A DNA stretch of 64,000 nt from Candidatus Defluviilinea gracilis (GTDB taxonomy: Bacteria; Chloroflexota; Anaerolineae; Anaerolineales; Villigracilaceae), in contig JADJWS010000002.1 in the NCBI GenBank assembly GCA_016716235.1, forward strand, positions 74,904-138,903, in the 5' to 3' direction. The translations under genes and the position numbers were made by a program. Positions 27,138 through 36,533 of this stretch are shown here, piece after piece. Under the pieces are notes generated by a model, which saw only the letters and a list, made by a program, of their open reading frames with translations, did not search any database and was not told where the DNA came from. Within the stretch, counting starts at the first letter, position 1; every line of letters starts with the position of its first letter.

Positions 27138-27646
27138 TGCGATTCTCGCAGTTTCTTTTCAGTCAAACGTCGCGCCTGTCTTTCTTTTGCCTGCAACAGT
27201 TTTTGGGTTTCTTCCTCATTTTCAGCCGTCAATTGCGGAATTTCCAGCGGCTTGCCGCTATCGTCAAGCGCGACATAGACGAGGTAGGCAGTGTTGGTGT
27301 GCGAGCGTTCGCGGGTTAGCGGGTTTTCGGCAAGCACATCCACTTTCGCTTCCATGGACGTTCTGCCGGTGTATGTGACTTCCGCGTTCAGGGTAACGAG
27401 GTCGCCGATCTTGATCGGCTCGCGGAAGGTCATCGAATCGATGGCGACGGTCACGACTTTGCATTGGGCGTGGCGCATACAAGCGAGCGCGCCCGCCTCG
27501 TCCGCGAGTTTCATGATCCAGCCGCCGTGCACGTTGCCCAGCAGGTTGGCATGTTCGAGGTGCATGAGTTGAGACAGGGTGACGCGCGATGCGCTGATGG
27601 GTTTGGGCGTTTGGATGGTTGTCATAGTTGTAAGAAAGTTTACCAT
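27134..27646 (-). CDS. Hot-dog acyl-CoA thioesterase (YciA/Acot-like)
   Basis: HANLLGNVHGGWIMKLADEAGALA motif. Confidence 0.75.
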   Translation of the reverse strand: MVNFLTTMTTIQTPKPISASRVTLSQLMHLEHANLLGNVHGGWIMKLADEAGALACMRHAQCKVVTVAIDSMTFREPIKIGDLVTLNAEVTYTGRTSMEAKVDVLAENPLTRERSHTNTAYLVYVALDDSGKPLEIPQLTAENEEETQKLLQAKERQARRLTEKKLRESQ

Positions 27647-27777
27647 GCGACAGGACGAATGTGGGATGTGAACAAGGCTAGCGCGCGTAACCTTTCTGAT
27701 GTTTCTCCGACATGGAGTAGATGCGGCTGCATTTTGTCCATCAACATTCTAGCGTCACAGTTAACCCTGCTAACAAT

Positions 27778-30456
27778 ATGCCAAACTCATTGTCTCTTGA
27801 AACTCACACACAGGAACTATTGGTCCATGAATTAATTGCCTATCAGGCGGAAAGATCGCCGCAAAAACCCGCTATCCAGTTTGGCGGCGAGTGTGTCACC
27901 TACGCGGAGTTGATCGGGCGCGCCAACCAATTGGCGCGGTATTTGCGCGGCGAGGGAGTTGTGGCTGGCGCGCGGATCGCCATCTCGCTGAATCGCTCCA
28001 TCGAGATGGTAACAGGCATTTTAGGATGTCTCATCGCTGGAGCGGCGTATATCCCGATCGACCCGGCATATCCTCGGGAGCGTGTGGCGGAAATCCTTGC
28101 AAATTCCAATTCCCTATTTTGCATTACTCAAACCGGTCTGTTTCGATCTTCGCCGAAATCCGCTGTGAAAGTTATTTTGTTAGACGCCGTGTCAAAGAGC
28201 ATCCAGCGCCTCCCTTCGGATGGTTTGGAAAATATGTCCGCCGAGAAAGACCTGGCTTATATTATTTATACTTCGGGCTCGACCGGGGCGCCGAAAGGCG
28301 TGATGGTATCTCATGACAGCCTTCGAAATTTTGTCAGGGTCTCTCAATCCGGGCTGGATGTCGCTTCGGATGATGTGTATCTTCAGAGCGCGTCCATTTC
28401 TTACGCGTTGGCTGTGCGTCAAATTATGGTGCCGTTATCGCGTGGCGCCACGCTGGTCGTCGCCTCCGACGAACAAATGCGCGACCCTCTGAGATTATTC
28501 GAGGAAATCAAGAGAACTCGCGTCACTTTGATGGATGTAGTGCCCTCATTTTGGCGGATGATCAATAAACGGTTGCAGGATTTGCCAGAGGCTTGCCGCA
28601 GCGATTTGTTGCAAAACCATCTGCGCAGGATCGTATGCGTGGGGGAGGCTTTGCGCATGGAAACTCCGCGAGATTGGAGGGCGCTAGCGGGCAACAAGGT
28701 AGAGCTTGTCAATATTTTTGGGCAAACGGAAACGACAGGCGTGGTTGCCACTTATCCAATCCCGGCCGCCGGTGATGATGGGCTTGCTTGCGCTGTGCCA
28801 ATTGGACAGGCGATTGCTCAGACGCGCCTATACATCCTGAATGACCACATGGAGTCGGTCTTGCCGGGGCAAAGCGGAGAATTATTCATCAGCAACCCAT
28901 GTCTGGCAGATGGTTATATACATTTGCCTGAACTCACGGCAAAGAAATTCATTAGCAACCCCTTTGACGATGGGATCAATTGCCGTCTCTACCGGACAGG
29001 GGACGTTGTGCGACAACGTGAAGATGGAAATATCGAGTTCGTGGGCCGCAGTGACTCCCAGATAAAGATCCGCGGTCAGCGACTCGAACTGGGCGAGGTG
29101 GAATCGGTTCTACGAAGTTGCCCCGAGGTGGAGGATTGCGCGATCCTTGTGTTAAAAGATCAAGCCGACGAGAATTATCTGGCGGCATATATTGTTCCCG
29201 CGCATGAAAATGTTGCCCTGGCAGAGATCCGCGCGTATTGTCGGCGAAAAATGCCCGACTTCATGATCCCCTCTCGATTTGTTACGCTACAAACGATGCC
29301 TCTCTCGACCAACGGGAAGCTGGATCGTCGGGCGCTTGCTCAGATTCGGGGCGCGAAATCCCTGGCGTCCACCATTGAGCCGCCGGGAAATAGTGTTGAG
29401 AGCCGGCTCATGGTCATCTGGCGCGAGTTGTTACAGCAGTCTGAATTTGGAATCCATGATGATTTCTTTGATCTTGGCGGACATTCTTTCATGGCAGTGA
29501 GGTTGATTTCCCGGATTGAGCGCGAATTTGGAATTCACCTTTCCGTAGGGGCTATTTTGAATGCTCCCACAATTTCCAGCCAGGCGGCGTTGCTGGAACA
29601 TGCCAACACGGGTCTGTATCAAGAGCAGATTCTGGTTCCCATTAATCCCAGGGGGAACAAGCCCATCTTGTTCGGTGTCCATGGACATGAAGGAGGGGTG
29701 CTGTACTTCCGCTTCATCGCAAGACAGTTACCTGCCGATCAGCCCTTCTATGCTCTTCAAGCGCAAGGCGTGGACGGCGTAACTCCAGCCCTTCCGCGCA
29801 TCGAGGATATGGCTCTGCTCTATCTTCAAGAAATTAAGAAACTTCAACCTCATGGACCGTATTATCTTTGTGGGTTTTCATTGGGAGGGGAGATCGCCTA
29901 CGAGATGGCACAGCAACTCCTGAAGCAAGGCGAGCAGGTTAAGTTGTTATTGATGCTTGACACACGAAACCCGGAGCGGTTGGCGCGAACCCAGGTGTTT
30001 GCGGAGAATCAGCCTTTTCTCGATGGAACGGTTCGAACCATGCAGTGGCATCTCCGCCGCCTGTCACAGGCAGGTTTCAAGGGAAAAGTTGGGTATGTTG
30101 GGATGCTTATCCAGACAAAGATCTTGCGTATCGCGCTTTTCGGTCTGGTTGCCCTTGCATTTGCGATGAAGTGGCGTCTTTCAGATCGTCTGTTGCTTGC
30201 CTACTTGCGCACAACGCATAGTAAAGCATTGCATGAATATTTCCCCCAGCCCTACGCGGGCAAAGTGACATTGTTCCGATCGAGCCAGACCGAAGAGCAA
30301 AGTTGCGATCAAGTTCCCTGGAGTTGGGAGGCTCTTGCCCTGGGCGGTTTTGAGAAACATCGCTTTATTGCATCGCATAACATAATCGCCGAAGAGTATG
30401 CTCCTGAGGTGGCGCGGAAAATCAAGGAATGCCTTGAGCGCGCCAGCGAGGATTGA
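27778..30456 (+). CDS. Stand-alone NRPS-like enzyme, adenylation-thiolation-thioesterase (A-T-TE), no condensation domain
   Basis: A3 LAYIIYTSGSTGAPKGV, A8 GRSDSQIKIRGQRLELGEVE, A10 NGKLDRRAL, T FFDLGGHSFMAV, TE GFSLGG. ATG 27778 was chosen; the track ORF starts at 27721. Confidence 0.85.
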   Translation: MPNSLSLETHTQELLVHELIAYQAERSPQKPAIQFGGECVTYAELIGRANQLARYLRGEGVVAGARIAISLNRSIEMVTGILGCLIAGAAYIPIDPAYPRERVAEILANSNSLFCITQTGLFRSSPKSAVKVILLDAVSKSIQRLPSDGLENMSAEKDLAYIIYTSGSTGAPKGVMVSHDSLRNFVRVSQSGLDVASDDVYLQSASISYALAVRQIMVPLSRGATLVVASDEQMRDPLRLFEEIKRTRVTLMDVVPSFWRMINKRLQDLPEACRSDLLQNHLRRIVCVGEALRMETPRDWRALAGNKVELVNIFGQTETTGVVATYPIPAAGDDGLACAVPIGQAIAQTRLYILNDHMESVLPGQSGELFISNPCLADGYIHLPELTAKKFISNPFDDGINCRLYRTGDVVRQREDGNIEFVGRSDSQIKIRGQRLELGEVESVLRSCPEVEDCAILVLKDQADENYLAAYIVPAHENVALAEIRAYCRRKMPDFMIPSRFVTLQTMPLSTNGKLDRRALAQIRGAKSLASTIEPPGNSVESRLMVIWRELLQQSEFGIHDDFFDLGGHSFMAVRLISRIEREFGIHLSVGAILNAPTISSQAALLEHANTGLYQEQILVPINPRGNKPILFGVHGHEGGVLYFRFIARQLPADQPFYALQAQGVDGVTPALPRIEDMALLYLQEIKKLQPHGPYYLCGFSLGGEIAYEMAQQLLKQGEQVKLLLMLDTRNPERLARTQVFAENQPFLDGTVRTMQWHLRRLSQAGFKGKVGYVGMLIQTKILRIALFGLVALAFAMKWRLSDRLLLAYLRTTHSKALHEYFPQPYAGKVTLFRSSQTEEQSCDQVPWSWEALALGGFEKHRFIASHNIIAEEYAPEVARKIKECLERASED

Positions 30457-30581
30457 ACATTAGACTTTTCTCTACCGCACATTTCTGCCACTAAGTTCTT
30501 AACTTGGCGCTCTTCGCGGTAAAAAGGGAGGTGTACGGTGGAGAGAATTATTTTGGAGAGAGGGCAACGTATCGTCAACCT

Positions 30582-30965
30582 TCAATCCATATCCTGTCGC
30601 AGGTCGCCGCTATCCAGAGTGTGGAGTAGTTCGGGGCTCTCGGCGAGAACATCGATGATGCCGTAGGATAGTTCCTGCATCATCGGCGCGAGAGGCACCT
30701 GCGCGGGCGGGGAAATGCGTTTTGGGGTTGGAGGACAAGCCATATGCGGCTTGTCTGAGTCTTCAGCCCGCTTGCGAATGATGCGCGGGTCGTTGGTCAA
30801 AGAACCGACGTAGTACCCCATCACAGAATACACTTCGCGCTGGGGGGTGACCCATCCGATATATTCGCCGGAACGGTTGAAAATATAAGGGTATACGAGG
30901 AAAGCGTCCGCTTCGCCTTGCGAGTTATAGATGGGGATAATACGGGTATGGGCTTGGGTTGCCAT
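30582..30965 (-). CDS. Hypothetical protein
   Basis: 127 aa; last gene of the UXS-GtrA operon. Beta-rich N-terminal half (IPIYNSQGEADAFLVYPYIFNRSGEYIGW). No confident family. Confidence 0.4.
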   Translation of the reverse strand: MATQAHTRIIPIYNSQGEADAFLVYPYIFNRSGEYIGWVTPQREVYSVMGYYVGSLTNDPRIIRKRAEDSDKPHMACPPTPKRISPPAQVPLAPMMQELSYGIIDVLAESPELLHTLDSGDLRQDMD

Positions 30966-30967
30966 GC

Positions 30968-31423
30968 TTATTCCACATCATTATACGTCCAGTAGCGGTT
31001 CACGAAATAATTCCAAAGCATTACAATTCCGATAGCGATGGCGAGGGTGGCGTTTTTTGCCAGCGTTTCCGGCGTGAACGCGGAGAGTATGCTGAGGGAG
31101 GCGAAAAGCCCTTCCATGGGCGGCTCAACATAATGGAGGATGGGAACGCGAATGGCGATCCCCGCCGCGTTGACCACGAAGAACATCCCTAGTTGTTGCA
31201 GGATGTGGCGCGAGCGCGATTCTGGGTACGTCCAGTAGCGGTTGCCGGTAAAGTTGTTGGCAACCGCGCAAACGAACGAAATTGTCCCCGCGTAGACGAG
31301 CCGCATGGCGAATAGGCGGGTGAGCAGGTTCATCACGCCAAAATCGACCAGCGAGCCAATGGCGCCTACAGTGGCAAATTTCAGGAAGCGGATGCGTTCG
31401 ATCTTGTTGGTTTGGGCGGTCAT
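30968..31423 (-). CDS. GtrA-family membrane protein
   Basis: [22 protein letters not shown] and a C-terminal NRYWTY, typical of GtrA. Its ATG overlaps the upstream stop (ATGA at 31420-31423). Confidence 0.75.
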   Translation of the reverse strand: MTAQTNKIERIRFLKFATVGAIGSLVDFGVMNLLTRLFAMRLVYAGTISFVCAVANNFTGNRYWTYPESRSRHILQQLGMFFVVNAAGIAIRVPILHYVEPPMEGLFASLSILSAFTPETLAKNATLAIAIGIVMLWNYFVNRYWTYNDVE

Positions 31424-32376
31424 AGCCCCAGTTTGGATTTGAAATAGGGAATGGTTTTGGCGATCCCTTCCTCGAGGGAGACTTTCGGCTCCCACTGGAG
31501 GATGGCGCGGGCGCGGGTGATATCGGGGCGGCGCTGTTGCGGGTCTCGCACACTGCGCGCGTCTTTGACGTAGGTGATGCCCGCCTGGTTACCGGTGATC
31601 TTGTTGATGGCTTCGGCGAATTCGAGCAGGCTGATCTCGCGCTGGTTGCCGATGTTGACCGGCAAATGTTCGTCGGAATAAAGCAACCGCACGATACCGT
31701 CCACCAGGTCGTCCACGTAGCAGAACGAGCGGGTTTGTTTTCCCTCGCCGTACACGGTGAGCGGTTGCTCGAGCAATGCCTGTTTCAGCAGGTTCGGCAA
31801 GGCGCGCCCGTCCTCAAGGTCCATGCGCGGACCGTAGGTGTTGAAGATGCGCACGATGCGCGTGTCTACGCCGTGATAGCGGTGATATGCCATGGTGATC
31901 GATTCGGCGAACCGTTTCGCCTCATCGTACACGGCGCGCGGACCGGCGGGATCGACGTTGCCGGTGTAATCCTCCGTTTGCGGGTGAACCAGCGGATCGC
32001 CGTAAATCTCACTTGTGGATGCCAGCAGGAATCTCGCTTTGTTGGCTTTTGCCACGCCCAGGCAGTTGTGTGTGCCGAGCGCGCCGGCTTTCATGGTCTG
32101 GATCGGGAGGTTGAAGTAGCCCGATGGCGATTGAGGGTTGGGGCTGGCTGGCGAAGCGAAGTGCATCACCGCGTCCACTTTGCCGGGGATGAAGATGTAA
32201 TTCGATACATCGTGTTTGTAGAACGAAAATTTTTCATTCCCCATCAAGTGGGCGAGGTTGCCCGGGTTGCCGGTGATGAAGTTGTCCAGCCCGACGATCT
32301 CGTGACCGTCGGCGAGCAACCGGTCGCTTAAGTGTGAGCCGAGGAATCCCGCGGCTCCGGTGATCAAAATGCGCAT
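31420..32376 (-). CDS. UDP-glucuronate decarboxylase (UDP-xylose synthase), extended SDR
   Basis: [16 protein letters not shown], catalytic YDEAKR, and UXS-like length and sequence. Confidence 0.85.
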   Translation of the reverse strand: MRILITGAAGFLGSHLSDRLLADGHEIVGLDNFITGNPGNLAHLMGNEKFSFYKHDVSNYIFIPGKVDAVMHFASPASPNPQSPSGYFNLPIQTMKAGALGTHNCLGVAKANKARFLLASTSEIYGDPLVHPQTEDYTGNVDPAGPRAVYDEAKRFAESITMAYHRYHGVDTRIVRIFNTYGPRMDLEDGRALPNLLKQALLEQPLTVYGEGKQTRSFCYVDDLVDGIVRLLYSDEHLPVNIGNQREISLLEFAEAINKITGNQAGITYVKDARSVRDPQQRRPDITRARAILQWEPKVSLEEGIAKTIPYFKSKLGL

Positions 32377-32379
32377 GTG

Positions 32380-33999
32380 TTATCTCCAATCGATTTTTGT
32401 GACCAGCCCATCGCCCGTCACTTGAAATGCCTGACCGTTGCCGGTATCCACCAGCCAAAGATTCCCCTGGTAAACGACCGCCAGGAAGTAGCCAGATTGC
32501 CCGTCGATTTGACGCGGCGCCCAGGCGGGGATTTGCGGCTCGAGACCCGGCGCGTCATTCGCAGGGAAAACTGTTCGCCGGTTGGAGCCATCGCGGTCCA
32601 TGACGACGACCCGGTAGCGGCTGGTTTCGCTCTGTTCGTGAAAGATGGCTTGCAGGTACGCCACTTGATACTGTCGTTCGCGCGAACTGGCTTGGGTCGG
32701 CGACGCGTTTGGGTAGGCGAACATGCCGGTCTGCGAGGCGATGTCGACAGTGGCGTCGTTTTCAAATGAGGTGGCGCGGATGTCAAAGAACGGCGAATCT
32801 TCAGCGTTCACTAGACTGGGCGGGGGCGCATGAGTTACATAATAGAGGGTATTTCCGTCGGCGCCCCACGAGATGGACGGAAGCCACGCCCAGTCGCTGT
32901 GAGTGTTGAGGGGGACGATGTCGATGAGTGGTTTGATGTATTTGCCGTCCAAATCGACCGTGCCGATGCCGTCCGGGCGGGCGTATGCCAGTTTCCCGTT
33001 TGAGGAGAAGGCGAACGTCATGCCCCACCAGCCGTAGACGCCGCCGGCGTTCGCGTCCAGTATTTTTTTCTTTTCGCCGGTCGAGATGCTGTATCGCCAG
33101 AGGTCGTTGTTTGCCTGCCAGCCGGGCGCGGTGGCGCGCGGTTCCACTGTGGTGTAGGCGACGGAGCTTGTGCCGGGAATCCAATCGGCGAAGTGGACTA
33201 CATTCGATACGCTGGTGGGGAAGGGTTTACTGCCAGGGTTGGTGCGAACCGCCCACAAGACGTTGATCTCTTTGCCGGCGGGCTTGGTAGATTTGCGGGT
33301 GTAGATGAGGTAATCGCCGCGCGGCGAGATGCGGAAGATGCGCCCGTCGAGGTCGCCGGTGGTGACGAGTGGAAAACGATTTGCGGTGGAGGTGTCGATG
33401 ACCCATGCGTTGCCGCCCGCGATGTAGGCAAGTTTGCCGGGGATGGGCAGGGGCGCGAAGGACGTCTGCGCGCCGATCATCACGATCTCCGGTATCGCCT
33501 CCACGAGAATTACGGATTTGACGATGGATTTGCTGATTTCCACGCCGTCTTCCAGCACGCGGCGGTAGGTTACTTCTTGCGAGCCGTTTGCGCCGGCTTG
33601 CACGAGGCGCGTTTCGCCTTCGGGCAATGATTCGTTTCGCACAATTTGTTTGTCAAAGGGGATGACTTGTTCTTCGGTTTCGAAGATTTCGCGCACGCGA
33701 ATGATGACGACCGAATCTCCATCGTTGAGCACCGTGTAGACCGGCGGATCGGCGCGATCCAAATTTCCGAATGCGATACCGGCGATTTGCAATGCCTGTT
33801 GCACGGTGCTCCCGGCGGGAATGGTGGAGGTTTGCGTCGCGCCATCGACAGTGACGGAGATGGTCGCCTCTGGGCTGGCGAACTGCGGGGAGCGGCATCC
33901 GTTTAGGAGGAGGCTAAGGTTGAGGAGCAGGAGCAGGCTTCCCCTGAGTCGACGCGCTGGTTTCGTCGAAGCGTTTCGCGTGAAAAAGATTCGGCGCAT
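32380..33999 (-). CDS. Lipoprotein with a DUF348/G5 module and a TolB-like beta-propeller
   Basis: Lipobox LLNGC, G5-like RLVQAGANGSQEVTYRRVLEDGVEISK, then WD40-like/TolB-type repeats. Confidence 0.6.
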   Translation of the reverse strand: MRRIFFTRNASTKPARRLRGSLLLLLNLSLLLNGCRSPQFASPEATISVTVDGATQTSTIPAGSTVQQALQIAGIAFGNLDRADPPVYTVLNDGDSVVIIRVREIFETEEQVIPFDKQIVRNESLPEGETRLVQAGANGSQEVTYRRVLEDGVEISKSIVKSVILVEAIPEIVMIGAQTSFAPLPIPGKLAYIAGGNAWVIDTSTANRFPLVTTGDLDGRIFRISPRGDYLIYTRKSTKPAGKEINVLWAVRTNPGSKPFPTSVSNVVHFADWIPGTSSVAYTTVEPRATAPGWQANNDLWRYSISTGEKKKILDANAGGVYGWWGMTFAFSSNGKLAYARPDGIGTVDLDGKYIKPLIDIVPLNTHSDWAWLPSISWGADGNTLYYVTHAPPPSLVNAEDSPFFDIRATSFENDATVDIASQTGMFAYPNASPTQASSRERQYQVAYLQAIFHEQSETSRYRVVVMDRDGSNRRTVFPANDAPGLEPQIPAWAPRQIDGQSGYFLAVVYQGNLWLVDTGNGQAFQVTGDGLVTKIDWR

Positions 34000-34023
34000 T
34001 TTATCCGGTGTATAATCCGTGCG

Positions 34024-34612
34024 CTATCGGATTCGACCGACGATGGTCATGAGTCCGTCGGCAATGGCGATGGTTTCGATGCGAAGCCCGGTGGCAACGG
34101 GACCCGAACGAGCCGGTGTACGCCTCTTCGATGATGGCGGTGATGGTTTCGTTGATGCCCTCCGGCGCGGGGAACGGACCGAAGTCGGCTGAGGCGATCT
34201 CGATGGTTGGTTTACCTTCCGCGTCGACGCCGACATTGACGATGATGCCGATGTTGGCGGCGAACACGCCTTGCTGGGTCTTGCCGTAAATTTTCATTTG
34301 CCCGTCGCGCAAATACACTTGCGGGTCGGTGATGAGCGGCGTGGAATTCTCTTGTTGCAGGCTCGGGTCGTTTTGCAGGCGCAAGGCAAGATAGGATGTG
34401 ATCTGCGGCTCGGTGATGGTGATGGTTACCACGCCGCTGACTAAACCATCTTCGATGGATTTTTGGATGCCGTCTTGCAGGCTTTGCGCGGCTTCGGTCG
34501 ACACTGGGATGGGCGCGAGGTCTGAGTAGTCGGGTCCGCCGGCGTACAGCGTGCAGGCGAGCGATGCGAGGATGAGCGCGATGAAAAAGATGCTGGGTTT
34601 GGTTCGTTTCAT
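34024..34612 (-). CDS. Hypothetical lipoprotein; apparent 1-nt frameshift near 34103-34105
   Basis: Signal and lipobox LILASLAC. The long frame turns into an Arg/His/Cys-rich tail after ...EEAYTGSF. The +1 frame continues plausibly (GPVATGLRIETIAIADGLMTIVGRIR*) to a stop at 34024. Confidence 0.5.
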
Positions 34613-34734
34613 TCCTGGGTGTTCCGTACGGTGTAGTTCGTATTTCGTAAGTGGTCGGCGTGGTCTCGATGCGCCCTCAATAAACATTTGGGCGACTCGA
34701 CCATCGTAAATCGTACATCGAAGGGTATTATAGC

Positions 34735-35316
34735 ATGAGCGATTCTGAGGCTTCTACGGCGCAAAATTCCGAAACTGAATTGTCACTTTCAGCAAAACTG
34801 GAAGCAATGTTGTTTGTATCAGGCGAGCCTGTGGCGACCGCGCAGTTAGCGGCCGCGCTGGACGTTGCCCCTTCGGTCATCGAACGCGGGCTGAATGAGT
34901 TGGATGCGGCGCTCGCTAGTCGCGGTTTGCGCCTTCAGCGGAACGCCGGGCGAGCGCAGTTAACGACCGCGCCGCAACTCGCCGAACTTGTGGAGCATTT
35001 CCTTGGGCTTGAAGCCACGTCTCATCTTAGCCGCGCCGCGCTGGAAACGTTGGCGATCATCGCCTATCAGCAACCGGTCACGCGCCCGCAAATTGATTCG
35101 ATTCGCGGCGTGAATAGCGACAGTATGATGAAGAGTCTCCTGCACAAGAATTTGATCCTCGAATCGGGTCGCGCCGATGGACCGGGTCGCCCGATCTTGT
35201 ATTCCACCACGCCTGAATTTTTGCAACACTTTGGGTTGAACTCGATCCTCGAAATGCCATCGCTGGCAAAGCCTGAGGATGAGGAGTCGAAACAGGATGA
35301 GTTGTTGAAAGGGTAG
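34735..35316 (+). CDS. scpB: Segregation and condensation protein B
   Basis: ScpB winged-helix pattern (LEAMLFVSGEPV..., ALETLAIIAYQQPVTRPQIDSIRGV). Confidence 0.85.
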   Translation: MSDSEASTAQNSETELSLSAKLEAMLFVSGEPVATAQLAAALDVAPSVIERGLNELDAALASRGLRLQRNAGRAQLTTAPQLAELVEHFLGLEATSHLSRAALETLAIIAYQQPVTRPQIDSIRGVNSDSMMKSLLHKNLILESGRADGPGRPILYSTTPEFLQHFGLNSILEMPSLAKPEDEESKQDELLKG

Positions 35317-35359
35317 GCGCATTTGAGCGCGGATACCTGCCCTTGCTTGCGCCATTGAA

Positions 35360-35412
35360 AACGCTGATTACGCGGAGTGTACAATCTACGTAATCAGCGT
35401 TCTGTTTTATTT
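35360..35412. terminator. Bidirectional terminator-like hairpin between scpB and the NlpC/P60 gene
   Basis: A perfect 13-bp stem AACGCTGATTACG / CGTAATCAGCGTT with a 16-nt loop, followed by CTGTTTTATTT. Confidence 0.6.
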
Positions 35413-35430
35413 CCGATCGATGCCGGCGGG

Positions 35431-36411
35431 TTACCTCAAATAACTTCCCGCGCTGACGAAAATATCTTTCAAGAATTTCACTTCCTCAATATCGTCCACG
35501 TACACGCCGTTGCGCGAGCGCGAGGAGTGGATCATCTTCCAGCCGCCGAGACTCATGCCGACGTGGGTGATACGTTTGTCGTCGTCTTCGCTGAAGAAGA
35601 TCAGGTCGCCGATCTCGAACGGAGGCTCAACGGGTTTCGCGGCGTCGCATTGCATGTCGGCGTCGCGCGGAATTTCGATTCCCACCCAGCGGTGAAGCAG
35701 TTGCGCGAAGCCCGAACAGTCAATGCCGTTGCCACTGCTTCCGCCCCAGAGATACGGCACGCCGATCATCCGTTGTGAATCGGATTCAAGCATCGTGCGT
35801 TTTTCTTCAACATCTTGCGGGATGTCGGTGAGCGCGCGCAGATGACGCGACTCGACCCAGCCGACTCGGTTCGCGCGGACTTTTGACCACCCATCCTGCG
35901 TCTCTTCGACGGGGAGGCTGGTTCCGCTTACGAGACGAGTTATCACCACGCTGACGGGATTCGGCTCGGCGCGGAGTTCGATCACTGGCGCAATCACGAG
36001 GTGCGTGGATGTGGGGGCGAGTCCTTCACTGAGATAGGGACGATATGCCCAGCCCAAATATCCATCCGTTTGGCGGACGAAGACCCACTTGCCTTGTTCT
36101 TCCAATACTTCGAGTTCTGTGCCGAAGGTCAACTCGCTGAGGAGTGGAACGCGAAACGTGGGCTTTTCATGCAAGCCTGTGAGATTCGTGGCGACATGGA
36201 CGCGCTCGTTCGCGTCGGTGTGGAGAGCGTTGACGGAAGCCGTATCAAGTTTCAATTGAGGAAAGAGGCGGGGCAGTTCATCCAATTGAGATTTATGGAG
36301 GACGCGTCCGCTGAGGGTGAGAGAGTCGCTTGTCTGCGAAGCGATCTTCACATCGAAGACGGTGGTGCGTTTGTCGAGCGTTTTGGCGAAGTCATCGAGG
36401 ATGGTTTGCAT
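35431..36411 (-). CDS. NlpC/P60 (C40) peptidase with SH3b-like domains (gamma-D-Glu-diamino acid endopeptidase-like)
   Basis: Catalytic Cys in GIDCSGF and His in ITHVGMS. Lies divergent from a dipeptide epimerase, as with YkfC/YkfB. Confidence 0.75.
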   Translation of the reverse strand: MQTILDDFAKTLDKRTTVFDVKIASQTSDSLTLSGRVLHKSQLDELPRLFPQLKLDTASVNALHTDANERVHVATNLTGLHEKPTFRVPLLSELTFGTELEVLEEQGKWVFVRQTDGYLGWAYRPYLSEGLAPTSTHLVIAPVIELRAEPNPVSVVITRLVSGTSLPVEETQDGWSKVRANRVGWVESRHLRALTDIPQDVEEKRTMLESDSQRMIGVPYLWGGSSGNGIDCSGFAQLLHRWVGIEIPRDADMQCDAAKPVEPPFEIGDLIFFSEDDDKRITHVGMSLGGWKMIHSSRSRNGVYVDDIEEVKFLKDIFVSAGSYLR

Positions 36412-36533
36412 GGAACGATTCTCTTTTGAATGATATAGTTTGCGCGATCTGGCGTTAGAGAACGCCAAGTACACAACGATGGAACGATTCTACCATCTGT
36501 GTTAATATGCGCCCCTATTTGGGAGATTGAGCA

